DNA of 59,930 bases, counting the filler. It is 7 parts of 7 records of this genome, joined end to end, with 100 filler letters (N's around TTAATTAATTAA, not from the genome) between each part and the next. Parts side by side here need not be neighbours in the genome. Positions count along the whole stretch, not along the records: positions 47,327 to 59,930 come from SRR31156797_28967; 6 more parts are not named here. One strand, written 5' to 3'. The position numbers and the translations under genes were made by a program. Positions 47,227 through 57,798 of this stretch are shown here, one piece after another. The stretch's first letter is position 1, and each line of letters starts with the position of its first letter. The notes under the pieces were generated by a model that was not told the origin of the DNA, ran no database searches, and was given only the letters and a program-made list of their open reading frames with translations.

Positions 47227-47326
47227 NNNNNNNNNNNNNNNNNNNNNNNNNNNNNNNNNNNNNNNNNNNNTTAATTAATTAANNNNNNNNNNNNNNNNNN
47301 NNNNNNNNNNNNNNNNNNNNNNNNNN
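47227..47326. other. Artificial contig spacer
   Basis: N run with TTAATTAATTAA. Confidence 0.99.
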
Positions 47327-47361
47327 AGCTGTAAATCATCTTTATACTTAATACTTAAGTA

Positions 47362-47877
47362 ATGAAAACAACCTTAACGCAATTTATCGCCTATCTCGAG
47401 AACCTGGCTTCTATTAATGCTGATATTGCCCATCATCCGGAAACGCATCCGGCCTTTATCCGCTTTTATGAAACAAAGGAACCTGAGAAAGCAGCACGCA
47501 ATAAAATCAAGAATTTCCCATGCATATTGGTAAAGGATTATGATTTCAGATTCGTTGATAATAAGTCGGACAATGTTTTAAAGGCGCGTGAAATTGAGTT
47601 CCTGGTACTGGATAAAATTGGACGTAAAAATGCTGAAGAGGATGTGTATTTACTTTGGGAGCGAACCGAAGAAATAGGAGACGAATTTGTTATCCGGATG
47701 AAGCATGACAAAGCTGCCATGACAAATATGGCTATTGTAGATCTTGATTTAAATAAGGTGCATGGCGTTCCGGTTGATCTGCTGCCGGTAGGTATGTATG
47801 GAACATCTTACACCATTCCCATCAGCAGTGTGCGAACAAATGATCCTGAACCAACTAAATGGAGTGATATGTTATGA
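47362..47877 (+). CDS. Phage hypothetical protein (possible tail terminator/completion)
   Basis: 171-aa ORF with ATGA coupling to the next gene; context only. Confidence 0.5.
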   Translation: MKTTLTQFIAYLENLASINADIAHHPETHPAFIRFYETKEPEKAARNKIKNFPCILVKDYDFRFVDNKSDNVLKAREIEFLVLDKIGRKNAEEDVYLLWERTEEIGDEFVIRMKHDKAAMTNMAIVDLDLNKVHGVPVDLLPVGMYGTSYTIPISSVRTNDPEPTKWSDML

Positions 47878-49442
47878 GTGTAGTTTTATACAAAGCCCCC
47901 AATACCATTGATTTGGTAAATAATAAGCTCTTTTTTAAGGTAAAGGGTACTGATTACATTATTACAGAAGGTGAGAAAGCCGGCTTATATATGATAGCTC
48001 ATTCAATGCCAGCTGAAGATGAACAGATGGCATTAACCTTTTTAGGGCAAAGTCATATTTTTCAATTTACAAGTGATACAACACAAGTTCTTCCTGAAGG
48101 TGTTCATTGCTGGTTGCCCCGATCGAGCTATCAGGATATTTATATTCATCTTTCAAATTATCTGCCAATAAGCCAATCTTATAATGTGTCATTTAATAAT
48201 GCCAACTTATTTGTTTTATCGGCTTTAGTTGGAGGAACTGCTTACAATATCACTTTCGATTTGATTACAGCTTGGGAATTGGTTTCTCAGGATGGAACGC
48301 AGGGAGATTATCGCCCAAATTATCATTTTTTAGTACAGTTTTTTGTAAACAGTTTGTCTGACACCGGGACGTTTACAGCTTTGCCGGAATTCAGGATTGA
48401 TCCGGACAATGATCAGATTTCAAATATTGAAGTTGGCCAGCTGATTAAACCTCGTTTCCGTAATAATTTTGAGTTGCCAGATTTTAGCCTGGCATTACCC
48501 AGTAAGGCATTAATTCCAACGCTATCTTATTATATGATAGTAAAAGAAATGAGTGGCGTTAACCTGGTCAGTTCTTTAACTACATCAACTTTTAAGGCTA
48601 TCAACGGAAAGGTAAACAATGCCGATCATCCTCGATTTAATTTGCGCACCTGGATAAATGCACAAAAGAAATTTTTAAGCAATATGCCTTCTCAGGTGTA
48701 TACCTGGTATGGAGCCAAACACTATTTAAACTATTTATCTCCGTTTGCTAACACAACAAACCTGAGAGTTAAGATTGAGATAAACAGCAAAAACAGCGAA
48801 GATCCGCAGGAATATATTTCGGATACCATCGCTATGAATCAGGACGAAATATTAATTGTTCCGGTTACGCAAATGCTGGCCGATGTGGCTACACCCGAAA
48901 AATTAGTGTATGCTTCGGTATCACTTATTAATGATGCTGATGGAACTGTAGCCGATGCCATTACCTTCTTTTACCTAAACAAAACCTTATACAATCGTGC
49001 CTTTTTATTCCAGAACCGATTGGGAGGTTTCGATACCATTATTACCAGCGTTCAGGCCAATACTTTTAAGGTAAAAAAGACAGAGAAAAGGCAGATACTT
49101 ACACCGGATTACAGCCCGTACATTGGCGACCTGTCCTCGGATGAACCCGAATTAGAAGATACTTTTACAGCAGAAACGGTTCCGGTAAGCGGAGCCATGG
49201 CACAGCATTATAAAGAAATGGCTGCCAGTAATGTGGTGTTTTTGCAAAGTGATGACCGCTTTATACGTGTATATGTTGAACCGGGAAGCTTTAAAGCAGT
49301 GGATGAAGACAAGGATTTGCATCCATTTAAATTTAAATACAAACCAATGTTCGATGGTGATATACTAAGCACAGAACTGAACTTACCAGAACCACCACAC
49401 GAGGATTACAGCCAGGAATATTTAAAAACCGACTATCTGTAG
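47874..49442 (+). CDS. Phage structural protein (tail/baseplate region), function unassigned
   Basis: 522 aa, beta-rich; FLFQNRLGGFDT motif recalled from Bacteroidota phage tail-region proteins. Confidence 0.55.
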   Translation: MSVVLYKAPNTIDLVNNKLFFKVKGTDYIITEGEKAGLYMIAHSMPAEDEQMALTFLGQSHIFQFTSDTTQVLPEGVHCWLPRSSYQDIYIHLSNYLPISQSYNVSFNNANLFVLSALVGGTAYNITFDLITAWELVSQDGTQGDYRPNYHFLVQFFVNSLSDTGTFTALPEFRIDPDNDQISNIEVGQLIKPRFRNNFELPDFSLALPSKALIPTLSYYMIVKEMSGVNLVSSLTTSTFKAINGKVNNADHPRFNLRTWINAQKKFLSNMPSQVYTWYGAKHYLNYLSPFANTTNLRVKIEINSKNSEDPQEYISDTIAMNQDEILIVPVTQMLADVATPEKLVYASVSLINDADGTVADAITFFYLNKTLYNRAFLFQNRLGGFDTIITSVQANTFKVKKTEKRQILTPDYSPYIGDLSSDEPELEDTFTAETVPVSGAMAQHYKEMAASNVVFLQSDDRFIRVYVEPGSFKAVDEDKDLHPFKFKYKPMFDGDILSTELNLPEPPHEDYSQEYLKTDYL

Positions 49443-49445
49443 GAT

Positions 49446-50405
49446 ATGAATTTAGCCTCATTATACGATTACATCGATCAGGAGATCAATACCAAAACAG
49501 GCACGGCCAAAATTACAGGTGCTCAGCATAATGCCGTATTAAAAGAAGTTGTGGCCAGCTTAATTGAAATTACGGGAACCGGTTTTGGTGGAGATTTAGC
49601 TCCTGATGATGATCCGGGTTCGCAAACAAGCCCTATTTACTTTTTGGCCAGTGCTATTGGTACATTTACCTATTGCGGAGGTATAGAAGTTACGGCATTG
49701 CCGGCTTTTATTATCTGGAATGGCTCTGCCTGGACACTCAATCAAATTGGTGTTCCCACCGAAGAAACCACAGATAACGGCTTGCGTGGTATTGCCAGTA
49801 GTGGCGATGCTGAACCAACAAACCCACAGCTTGGCGATTGGTATGTGTATTTAGAAAGTACGGCTTTGGAATGGGCATCTCAATCTGGCATTGCCAAACC
49901 AGGTATTGTGCGCCTCGAAAGTATTACGCCTTCCAATAATTGGGTGCTTACGCCGTTTGGTGATGAGAATACTGGAGGAAGCATTACAATTGATGAAGCT
50001 CCAACAGAAGATAGCGAAAATGCAGTTAGCTCAGGAGGTGTTTATACAGAACTGGCTAAAAAGGTATCAAGAGTGGCGAAGGCTCTAACTATTGTTTCTA
50101 CGGTTATTGATTTAGATTTTGAAAACTTCACTCAATTAGTCGCTAACAACATTTTGGCTATAGCTGCCAATGCTTCATTTACATATAGTAATGTTCCAAA
50201 CGAAGGAGAATGCCAGTTTCGTTTCGATGTTACAAACACTATAGAGTTGACATTTCCTGCCTTTACATACATGCAGGACTTTGATGATAGATGGAATGAT
50301 GCTACTAACGTGCTATCGCTTGATGATGGCAAATATGAGGCTGTAATAACAGTTGTCGAAGGAGAATATAGTTTAAAAGTTTCATCAAAACTGATAGGCT
50401 CATGA
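49446..50405 (+). CDS. Putative tail fibre/receptor-binding protein
   Basis: ITGAQHNAVL N-terminus, IIWNGSAW and IDEAPTEDSENAVSSGGVY linker typical of fibre proteins. Confidence 0.55.
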   Translation: MNLASLYDYIDQEINTKTGTAKITGAQHNAVLKEVVASLIEITGTGFGGDLAPDDDPGSQTSPIYFLASAIGTFTYCGGIEVTALPAFIIWNGSAWTLNQIGVPTEETTDNGLRGIASSGDAEPTNPQLGDWYVYLESTALEWASQSGIAKPGIVRLESITPSNNWVLTPFGDENTGGSITIDEAPTEDSENAVSSGGVYTELAKKVSRVAKALTIVSTVIDLDFENFTQLVANNILAIAANASFTYSNVPNEGECQFRFDVTNTIELTFPAFTYMQDFDDRWNDATNVLSLDDGKYEAVITVVEGEYSLKVSSKLIGS

Positions 50406-51067
50406 TTGGTAATAATGGGATGTTTTTAAATCCAAATGTGAGTGATATTCCCCAAAATGGTATGGTAGGAGAGTGGTTGTTTAATTCAGGAAATGCTACT
50501 GATACCAGCGGTAATGGAAATGATGGTGTTGTATCAGGAGCTACATTGGTTAACGACAGACATGGGAATGCTAATAGCGCTTATTATTTTAATGGAGGTT
50601 CGTATATCAATTTAGGTAGCGATTCAATACTAAAACCAGCTCACGTAACTGTTTCATGTTGGTTTAAACCTACTGCTTCTGTAAATAATTTAGGCCGAAT
50701 AATTTCATGTGATGTATCTGGTGGTAACGCTGGGTATAAAATGCTAAGAAGAGGATTTGCAGAGAGTTTATCCTTATCGGTGGTTACAATTGATTCTGGT
50801 TTAAGTGCTGAAGTAAGCCTCGATGATACTACTTCTTGGCGACATTTAGTTTTAACATACGATGAGTCAACTTTTAAAGGGTACGTAGATAACGTTCTTG
50901 TAGAAGAAATATCATCGACAGCTGCAATCGATTATACAGATACAACTCAGGTTTGTATAGGTGCCAGACAGATTTCTTATAATAGATTAATAGGATCTGT
51001 TGATGATGTTAGAATATACAATAGAGCTTTAAACGCTTCCGAAATAAGTCAATTATACAACGAATAA
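50402..51067 (+). CDS. LamG/concanavalin A-like lectin domain protein
   Basis: WLFNSGNATDTSGNGNDG, DRHGNANSAYYFNG, WRHLVLTYD and GSVDDVRIYNRAL. Confidence 0.88.
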   Translation: MIGNNGMFLNPNVSDIPQNGMVGEWLFNSGNATDTSGNGNDGVVSGATLVNDRHGNANSAYYFNGGSYINLGSDSILKPAHVTVSCWFKPTASVNNLGRIISCDVSGGNAGYKMLRRGFAESLSLSVVTIDSGLSAEVSLDDTTSWRHLVLTYDESTFKGYVDNVLVEEISSTAAIDYTDTTQVCIGARQISYNRLIGSVDDVRIYNRALNASEISQLYNE

Positions 51068-51078
51068 ATTCAATTCAT

Positions 51079-51492
51079 ATGTTACCACAAAAAGAACTGA
51101 AACTAATTAATAACACAGGTTTTAAGCAGCTTGTATTGTCGTCCATCGGACGCCATATTAAAACCGAGTTAGATCGTTTAACAGTTGATGCCACTCCTTC
51201 AACTGTTGCAGACGAAAAGCTTCTGGAATGGCTTCGTAATATTATGCGAAATGGAGGAATACAAGATATCAGTAATCCTCTCCAGGCTAAAAGTCAACAT
51301 GTAGCTGCTTTGCTTTCAATGTTTGATGATACCTCAGGAGATGATATCACCTATTCGCAGGATGATGAAAGTGCCTTGGTTGTTGATTGGGATGCTTCTA
51401 AACCGATTCTCATTACAAAGATTAAGGATAATAACTATTTCTATGGGCTGGCTGCCTGCACCAAAGAAGATTTTGAAACCGCAGTAAGCTAA
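51079..51492 (+). CDS. Phage hypothetical protein
   Basis: 137-aa ORF in the tightly packed operon. Confidence 0.55.
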   Translation: MLPQKELKLINNTGFKQLVLSSIGRHIKTELDRLTVDATPSTVADEKLLEWLRNIMRNGGIQDISNPLQAKSQHVAALLSMFDDTSGDDITYSQDDESALVVDWDASKPILITKIKDNNYFYGLAACTKEDFETAVS

Positions 51493-51493
51493 C

Positions 51494-53653
51494 ATGCTCC
51501 AAATCCTTGTCAATAAAACGCCTCTTATCCTGGACCCGAAAACAAAGATTCGGCTGGAGATGAATACCTCATACTTTGATGTAGATGAAATTAAAGGTGA
51601 TGTGGTATGGCATTTCGATGTGCCGGCACAAGGAAACGAGGAAACCTTTGAGTATGCTAATTTTATTATTGTTCGCAATAAAAAACGAGCTTACGATTGC
51701 ATTATCAAACTGCATGAAATACCTATTGGTCGTGGTAAAATGGTGATTAGTAAGTCTACCAAAAAAACATTTAGGGTAACGGTTTCTTTAAATAGCTTTG
51801 GGGTAGATTTTGACGGTGTAAGTCTTAAAGATGCACCTTACCAGGAAGAAACCATTGGCGGCACTCCGCACGATGAAGCCAATGTACTGCAGCATGCTAC
51901 CGATGTAAACAGTGGCAGCATTGAGCGCGATTATCGTTTCCCAATGATTTATGCACCCTTGTTTTATGGTGAGGATACTACATTTTACAATCTGGCAGGT
52001 GAACACCCGGAGTTTAATCCGGATTATTTACGATTTCTAAACCACTGGCAAAGCGGGGCTTTTCTTACCAATGATATTGATACTATCATGGTTAACAGGC
52101 AAAGCATGGTTCCTTTTCCCATGCTAATACCAACAATTAAAAAAGCGCTTACATTAAAAGATTATACCTTAAGTGGCGCTTTGGCTGATAATACAGCGCT
52201 CAACAATTTGTTGGTTTTTAATAATGTGTCGCTGGATGATTTTCTAACCAACTGGTTTTGTTTGGCTACTTCAGATATTTATATGCATTGGTTTACACCA
52301 TACCAGTATCATGTAGTTCCTTTGGAATTGGAAGTGAAAGACGAATATGATTGTTTTTTAAATGATACGTATCTGGTAAGAGAAGCGGGTGCCTACAATG
52401 TAAATACAGTTGTAATGGCTTGTGGCCCTCAGGTAAGAGTTATTCATGATGTAGTTTATGTTGGAGCAGCAAAAGGCAGAGTAGCCATTTTTAAAAATGA
52501 TGTGGCCATTCGAGAAGTAAGCTTCGATGAACCTTACCAAAAGGCTTATCCTCCGGAAACCGTTATTGGTATTCAAACAGATTGCGAGGTTGGTGATACT
52601 ATTAATGTTAGGGTAATATACGATGAAGCTCCTAATGGTTGTGGTATTGTTATGGGGAGAAAATCGTACCTGCAGGTTTATAAACAAATAACTACGCCAG
52701 GCAAAAACGTACACCTAAACAGATTTAACCTGGTTGATTGCTTGCCGGATATTAAGCTCACTACGTTGGTAAACTCATTGCGTAATTCTTTTTTCCTTTC
52801 AGTGTTTTTTGATGACGAAAACAAGGTGGTTTATACCGAAAGTTTAAAAGATATCCTGGCTAATGCGTATGTGGTTGATGTGAGTAATCACATGATTGAA
52901 GACTCCTCTGAAGTTACTCCGGTTGATGATAATAATGTAAGATTAGATTGGGAGCATAATGAAGACTTAAACGATGTTGAAGCTTCAAAGCTATTATCAA
53001 ACACCTATTTTAGTGATTTGGTGGCGCAGTATCAAAAGGCTTATTCATTATTAACCGGCTGTAATGCAGTGTATGTTTATGATACACCTGAAGGTGAATC
53101 AGATCCGGTTTGGAGTTTTTATCGCCAAAATTTTAAAGGGTATGGTTTAGAGGATAGTTCTTTAAAGCCATCCATTAAGTTTTGTCCAATGCCTACACAG
53201 GAGGTAGATAGTAAGATTTATCCTTACACAACTAAAAAAGGAGTATCTGAAAAAATACCTGATTCAAACGAGAGTATAGGCATTCAGCTGCTTCATTGGT
53301 ATGGTGTTTTAGATATTCCATATGCATCTCCTTTAGCCACTCGCGAAGGTGGTGAGGTTTTAGGTCCTGTTAGTATCGATTTTAATGGAGCCAATGGTAT
53401 TGTGGCTAATTCAGGTTCTGAGTGGTTATCCTTCCTGGCACAAAGCGAAGAATTCAGAGTACTGCTCACTAATATTGATATTTGGAAACTCCTGGAAATC
53501 CAAAGCCTGTTTCTTCCTAAAAAGAAAGCCGATCATCCACGTTGGGTATTGGCCGATAATGTAAAAGCATTACCGCGCCAAGCTACTGCAGAAATTGATA
53601 TATCGGGCAAAATAACTGCCTTTGAAATGAAACTGGTTAAAAGCGCACAATAA
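51494..53653 (+). CDS. Putative phage tail tip/hub protein
   Basis: 719 aa; N-terminal L.LDP.T.I.LE...FDVPA and YRFPMIY; LPDIKLTTLVNSL...F.LSVFFD pattern typical of tail-hub proteins. Confidence 0.55.
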   Translation: MLQILVNKTPLILDPKTKIRLEMNTSYFDVDEIKGDVVWHFDVPAQGNEETFEYANFIIVRNKKRAYDCIIKLHEIPIGRGKMVISKSTKKTFRVTVSLNSFGVDFDGVSLKDAPYQEETIGGTPHDEANVLQHATDVNSGSIERDYRFPMIYAPLFYGEDTTFYNLAGEHPEFNPDYLRFLNHWQSGAFLTNDIDTIMVNRQSMVPFPMLIPTIKKALTLKDYTLSGALADNTALNNLLVFNNVSLDDFLTNWFCLATSDIYMHWFTPYQYHVVPLELEVKDEYDCFLNDTYLVREAGAYNVNTVVMACGPQVRVIHDVVYVGAAKGRVAIFKNDVAIREVSFDEPYQKAYPPETVIGIQTDCEVGDTINVRVIYDEAPNGCGIVMGRKSYLQVYKQITTPGKNVHLNRFNLVDCLPDIKLTTLVNSLRNSFFLSVFFDDENKVVYTESLKDILANAYVVDVSNHMIEDSSEVTPVDDNNVRLDWEHNEDLNDVEASKLLSNTYFSDLVAQYQKAYSLLTGCNAVYVYDTPEGESDPVWSFYRQNFKGYGLEDSSLKPSIKFCPMPTQEVDSKIYPYTTKKGVSEKIPDSNESIGIQLLHWYGVLDIPYASPLATREGGEVLGPVSIDFNGANGIVANSGSEWLSFLAQSEEFRVLLTNIDIWKLLEIQSLFLPKKKADHPRWVLADNVKALPRQATAEIDISGKITAFEMKLVKSAQ

Positions 53654-54090
53654 TGGATGCAGATAAACTGATAGCTTCCATGGAAGCCTACAACAAAGAT
53701 GTTCAGAAATGGACGTATCGTGTACGTGGTAAGTTAGCCCGTAATGTGCGCAGCCATGCCACAGATGGCAACGGCGATTTAGCTGAAGGTATCCGAAGTA
53801 ATATTCGTAAAGATTTTGGGGAGATTGATAGTGTTAGCTATAAATTCCCCAGGCATGGTGTTTTTTACCAAAAAGGTGTTGGTCGTGGTCATGTTATGGC
53901 CGGTAATAAAGTGGTACGTGGCGTTAGAGACAATAAAGTTATTCGTCCTCTCGATGGTAATGTTAATCGTAAACCTCAGGATTGGTTTAACTCTACGCTT
54001 GATACAGAAGTACAAATACTCGCCGATATTGTTGCCGATCACAAAGCTGATGAAGCTGCAGTTAATGCTTCCGGGATGAAGATTCGTTGA
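53653..54090 (+). CDS. Putative tail-completion/neck protein (HK97 gp10-like)
   Basis: 145 aa; GDLAEGIR, HGVFYQKGVG and RKPQDWFN pattern. Confidence 0.5.
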   Translation: MDADKLIASMEAYNKDVQKWTYRVRGKLARNVRSHATDGNGDLAEGIRSNIRKDFGEIDSVSYKFPRHGVFYQKGVGRGHVMAGNKVVRGVRDNKVIRPLDGNVNRKPQDWFNSTLDTEVQILADIVADHKADEAAVNASGMKIR

Positions 54091-54144
54091 GTCGTGCGAC
54101 GACTACGAGTAGTTGAATGGTAACTCGTTGCGGCTCGCAGCCGC
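54090..54144. repeat. Three abutting hairpins (REP-like element)
   Basis: AGTCGT-gcg-ACGACT, ACGAGT-12nt-ACTCGT and GCGGCT-cgc-AGCCGC. Confidence 0.6.
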
Positions 54145-54201
54145 TGTCCTTTTTCTAGCCATTAAAGACCTGCAATTTCGCCTAAAACACACATTTAGGC
54201 G

Positions 54202-57200
54202 ATGGCGCAAAACTCCACATACACAAGGCGAATAAACCTCTATATAAATGGTAAAGAGGTTAAAAATGATGTAAAAAGCATTACTGCAGAAATGCGTAAA
54301 GCGATTACTGCCCAAAGTAAAATGACTATTGGCAGTAAAGAGTATATCGCTCAAGGCAAAAAAATACAGCTATTAAACTCCATCCTTAAAAAGCACAAGC
54401 AGGAGCTTTACCAAACAGCAACCGGATGGGGATCTTTATCTACAGCTGCTAATAAATTCAATCAGTACTTTGGAATGATCAGTGCCGGTATTGCCTCGCT
54501 TACCGGAGTTGCCTTTGGTTTTCGTAAAGCTGCCGATGCCTTTAATACATTTGAAGAGCGCTTGGATAACCTATCTGCATTAACCGGATTAGAAGGTGAT
54601 GAATTAAACTGGCTAGGCGATCAGGCCAAAGCTACTTCTGTAAAAGTCACGGAAGCCGGTATTAAAATAAAACAAGGGGCTTCCGATATTCTCGACGCTT
54701 ATACGCTCGTAGGATCTCAACGCCCGGAGCTGCTTAAAAACAAAGAAGCCCTGGCACAAGTAACCGAAAATGCCATCATCCTGAGCGAAGCTGCTAAAGG
54801 AGACTTAAAACCTGCAGCTGAAGCGTTGACCAATACGATGAATCAGTTTAATCTTTCTGCAGATCAAAGTGAGCGCGTTATCAATGTGCTGGCTGCCGGA
54901 TCTAAAGAAGGTGCAGCTAATATTCCATACTTATCTCAAGCCATTGAAAAAATGGGTACCACTTTTAATTTAATGGGTGGAGAGGTTGAACAGGCTGTTG
55001 GTATAATTGAAGCTGTAGCACCTAAATTTAAAAAGGCAGAAATGGCCGGTAATAGCCTGGACAAAGTGCTGCTTAAAATGAAAGCCAAACAAATAGGTTA
55101 TAAAGATGGTGTATTTGATATTAACCAGGCTTTATTGGAGTTGGAAGCCCGATTTAAAAAAGGTGAATCTGCAGTAGATGTTTTTGGTGAAGAACATGCT
55201 AAAATGGTAGAAGTACTTATCCAGTCCCGAACTGAAGTACAACGTTATACCGATGCTGTTACCAATACCAACATTGCAGAAGAGCAAGCCCGTAAAAATA
55301 CCAATAACCGAGCTGCAGAATTAGCCCAGGCTAAAAACAGAGTTCAGCTGTTGGCTATTGAATTAGGTGAGGAATTAAGCCCGGCCATGACTAAATCTAT
55401 TCTAGGTTTCTCAACCTTATTAAAGGTAGCCATTAAACTGCCTAAGATTATTAAAGACAATCAAACGCTGCTGATTGCTTTAACGGGTGCATTATTGGCC
55501 TACAATGCTAAATTAATTACCTCGATAGCTTTACAAACCAAAGATAAAACCGTTCGCCTGGCATCCATGGCCATAGAAAAAGGTCAAATGGTTTTAAGAG
55601 CTGCACAAGTATTAGGATTAAAAGCCTGGATTGCAGTTACCGGTCAAGCCACAATGGCACAAAAGCGCTGGATGGTAAGCATGCGCCAAATGGGTGTGGC
55701 TATGAGTGCCAATCCATTGGGAGCTATTATTACGGGTATAACTGCGCTTTACCTGGCACTCAAAGCCTACGATAAATATAATGCTGGAGCTATTCGCAGG
55801 GAAAAAGAAAAGAAAATTGCCGTTGAAAATTTAGCCAAAGCAAATGATGCTTTAAAAGAATCCTATGAGCAGATCAATGGTCAGCTTTCCAAACTGAATA
55901 CATTAAGTATTCAACAGAAAAAAGACCTGCAGGATCAGATTGAGAATACAATCTTATTGGCTGAAGCTGAATTGGAACTACAAAAAACCAGACAGGAAGA
56001 AATAAAAGAAAACAATACACGAGTAACTGCCTGGTCGTTTGTGAAAAACTCGGTGCTTTCTGCAGGTAATTCCATAACAATGGCTGGCAAACTTACAGCT
56101 GAAGCAATGAAGAAAGGGAGCGAGGCTGCAGCTGAAATGGATGAAGGTATTAATAACCTACAAATGCGCCTGCAGAGTCTAAAACGTCAGCAAACAGATT
56201 TAGGTGATATATTAAATGCTGAGCAATTGGGCGATCAGATTGGCACTGAAACATTGGCCAACCTGGAGGAGAAAATGAGTAAATATCAAACAGCTCTTAA
56301 GCATGCAGCTAAAGGAGGTGAAGACTATTTGCGTATCCAAAAGAAAATAGCCCAGGTGCAAAAGGAAATGGAAGCTTACACGCCTGACATTGATAATCCG
56401 GAGGATGAAAAAGCTATGAAGAAAATGGCCGATAATAAGGCCAAAGCCGAAAAAGACCTGGCTAACAAAGTAAGTGAGATCCGCAGGCGCTTGCATCTCG
56501 ATACGCTCGACCAGGAAGCAAAAGAAATTCAGGTTATCAAGGATAAATATGCCGATTTATACGCCATTGCTCAGGAATATGGGATTGATACCACAGAACT
56601 CGAAGCGCTACAGAATCAAGAGATTGAGGCCAAACAGGCTGAACATGGAGCTAAGCGTCAAAAGCTAAAGGCCGAAATAGAGCAAAAGCTCTTTGATATG
56701 AGCCTGAATGATTTTGAGCGCGAAAAGCAAGCCAAAATCAGGCAATATGAAGAGCTGCTTAAAATGGCTGAAGAAAATGGCCTGGCTACTTCTGAATATT
56801 ATCTGCTTATGCTTCAGGAGCTGGAGAATATCCGTAACTCCGAAGAGCCTACCGATATTTTTGGCATGACTCAGGAAGATTGGGATAACCTTATGGTTAA
56901 TGTAGAAATGGCCAGAGCTGCACTTGATGAAGTGGGTAGTTCATGGGCAGCCATAAACACCATTCAGAATAATAAAGACAAAAAGGAGCTTAAAACATTT
57001 GAGCGTAATACCAACAAGAAAAAGGATCTATTAAATGATCAGCTGGAGAAAGGTCTGATTTCCCAGGAACAATACAATGCTAAAACGGCTAAACTGGATG
57101 CTGATTTAGATAAGAAGAAAGAAGAAATTGCCATTAATCAAGCTAAACGAGAGAAAGCTCTAGGTTTGTTTCAAGTTGCTGTAAATACCGCAATGGCAGT

Positions 57201-57759
57201 AATGAAAATATGGGCAGAAGTTCCTAAGGCTGATTTTGGTATTTCAACAGGTATTTTAGCCGCTTTAGCACTAACTACCGGCGCTTTACAAGCAGCTGCA
57301 ATTGCTAGTGCTCCACTACCTGCTTACGCAACCGGAGGTTTTACCGATGGTGATAGAATTTACCGTGCAGGTGAGGAAGGTACCGAATGGATTGCTACCA
57401 ATAGTATGGTAAAAGATCCTTATACGGGTCCTGTAATTGCAGCCCTGGAAGCTGTTCGAAAAGGCAAAGCTCCTGCCAGTATGTTCGGAGGTGTTACGCC
57501 TGATTTTGCAGCCATGCAGGATATTCCTGCTTTTGCCAATGGTGGATTTTCGAACCAAGCAGCAGCACCTGTTGTAAATGTTCCTCAGGCTGATAATACG
57601 GCCTTATTAGAACGGGTAGATAGAATGACCGAGCAAATTGAAATGTTAACCGGTTATTTAAGCGATCCGCAAAACCGTAAAGCTTATATTACAAACTCCG
57701 ATTTAGATGATAAAGTCAGGGAAGATGAAGAAAGAAGCGCTATTGCAGGTATTCAGTAA
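54202..57759 (+). CDS. Phage tail tape measure protein (TP901-like core)
   Basis: 1185 aa, Ala-rich and helical; LSALTG, LTNTMNQF...INVLAAGSKEG, long coiled coils, C-terminal YATGGFT...AGEEGTEW. Confidence 0.9.
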   Translation: MAQNSTYTRRINLYINGKEVKNDVKSITAEMRKAITAQSKMTIGSKEYIAQGKKIQLLNSILKKHKQELYQTATGWGSLSTAANKFNQYFGMISAGIASLTGVAFGFRKAADAFNTFEERLDNLSALTGLEGDELNWLGDQAKATSVKVTEAGIKIKQGASDILDAYTLVGSQRPELLKNKEALAQVTENAIILSEAAKGDLKPAAEALTNTMNQFNLSADQSERVINVLAAGSKEGAANIPYLSQAIEKMGTTFNLMGGEVEQAVGIIEAVAPKFKKAEMAGNSLDKVLLKMKAKQIGYKDGVFDINQALLELEARFKKGESAVDVFGEEHAKMVEVLIQSRTEVQRYTDAVTNTNIAEEQARKNTNNRAAELAQAKNRVQLLAIELGEELSPAMTKSILGFSTLLKVAIKLPKIIKDNQTLLIALTGALLAYNAKLITSIALQTKDKTVRLASMAIEKGQMVLRAAQVLGLKAWIAVTGQATMAQKRWMVSMRQMGVAMSANPLGAIITGITALYLALKAYDKYNAGAIRREKEKKIAVENLAKANDALKESYEQINGQLSKLNTLSIQQKKDLQDQIENTILLAEAELELQKTRQEEIKENNTRVTAWSFVKNSVLSAGNSITMAGKLTAEAMKKGSEAAAEMDEGINNLQMRLQSLKRQQTDLGDILNAEQLGDQIGTETLANLEEKMSKYQTALKHAAKGGEDYLRIQKKIAQVQKEMEAYTPDIDNPEDEKAMKKMADNKAKAEKDLANKVSEIRRRLHLDTLDQEAKEIQVIKDKYADLYAIAQEYGIDTTELEALQNQEIEAKQAEHGAKRQKLKAEIEQKLFDMSLNDFEREKQAKIRQYEELLKMAEENGLATSEYYLLMLQELENIRNSEEPTDIFGMTQEDWDNLMVNVEMARAALDEVGSSWAAINTIQNNKDKKELKTFERNTNKKKDLLNDQLEKGLISQEQYNAKTAKLDADLDKKKEEIAINQAKREKALGLFQVAVNTAMAVMKIWAEVPKADFGISTGILAALALTTGALQAAAIASAPLPAYATGGFTDGDRIYRAGEEGTEWIATNSMVKDPYTGPVIAALEAVRKGKAPASMFGGVTPDFAAMQDIPAFANGGFSNQAAAPVVNVPQADNTALLERVDRMTEQIEMLTGYLSDPQNRKAYITNSDLDDKVREDEERSAIAGIQ

Positions 57760-57764
57760 TTTGT

Positions 57765-57772
57765 TAAGTTTG
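57765..57772 (+). promoter_or_regulatory. Bacteroidota sigmaA -7 element (TAnnTTTG) in front of the moron gene
   Basis: TAAGTTTG; ATTG at 57742-57745 in the -33 position. Confidence 0.45.
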
Positions 57773-57798
57773 AGTATTGAAAACTTAAACATATTTAA

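Noticed and set aside
8428-47326. Recurrent palindrome TTAATTAATTAA within N runs (six copies)
   Set aside because: Synthetic contig linker with stops in all frames. It is not biological, and no gene linkage can be inferred across it.
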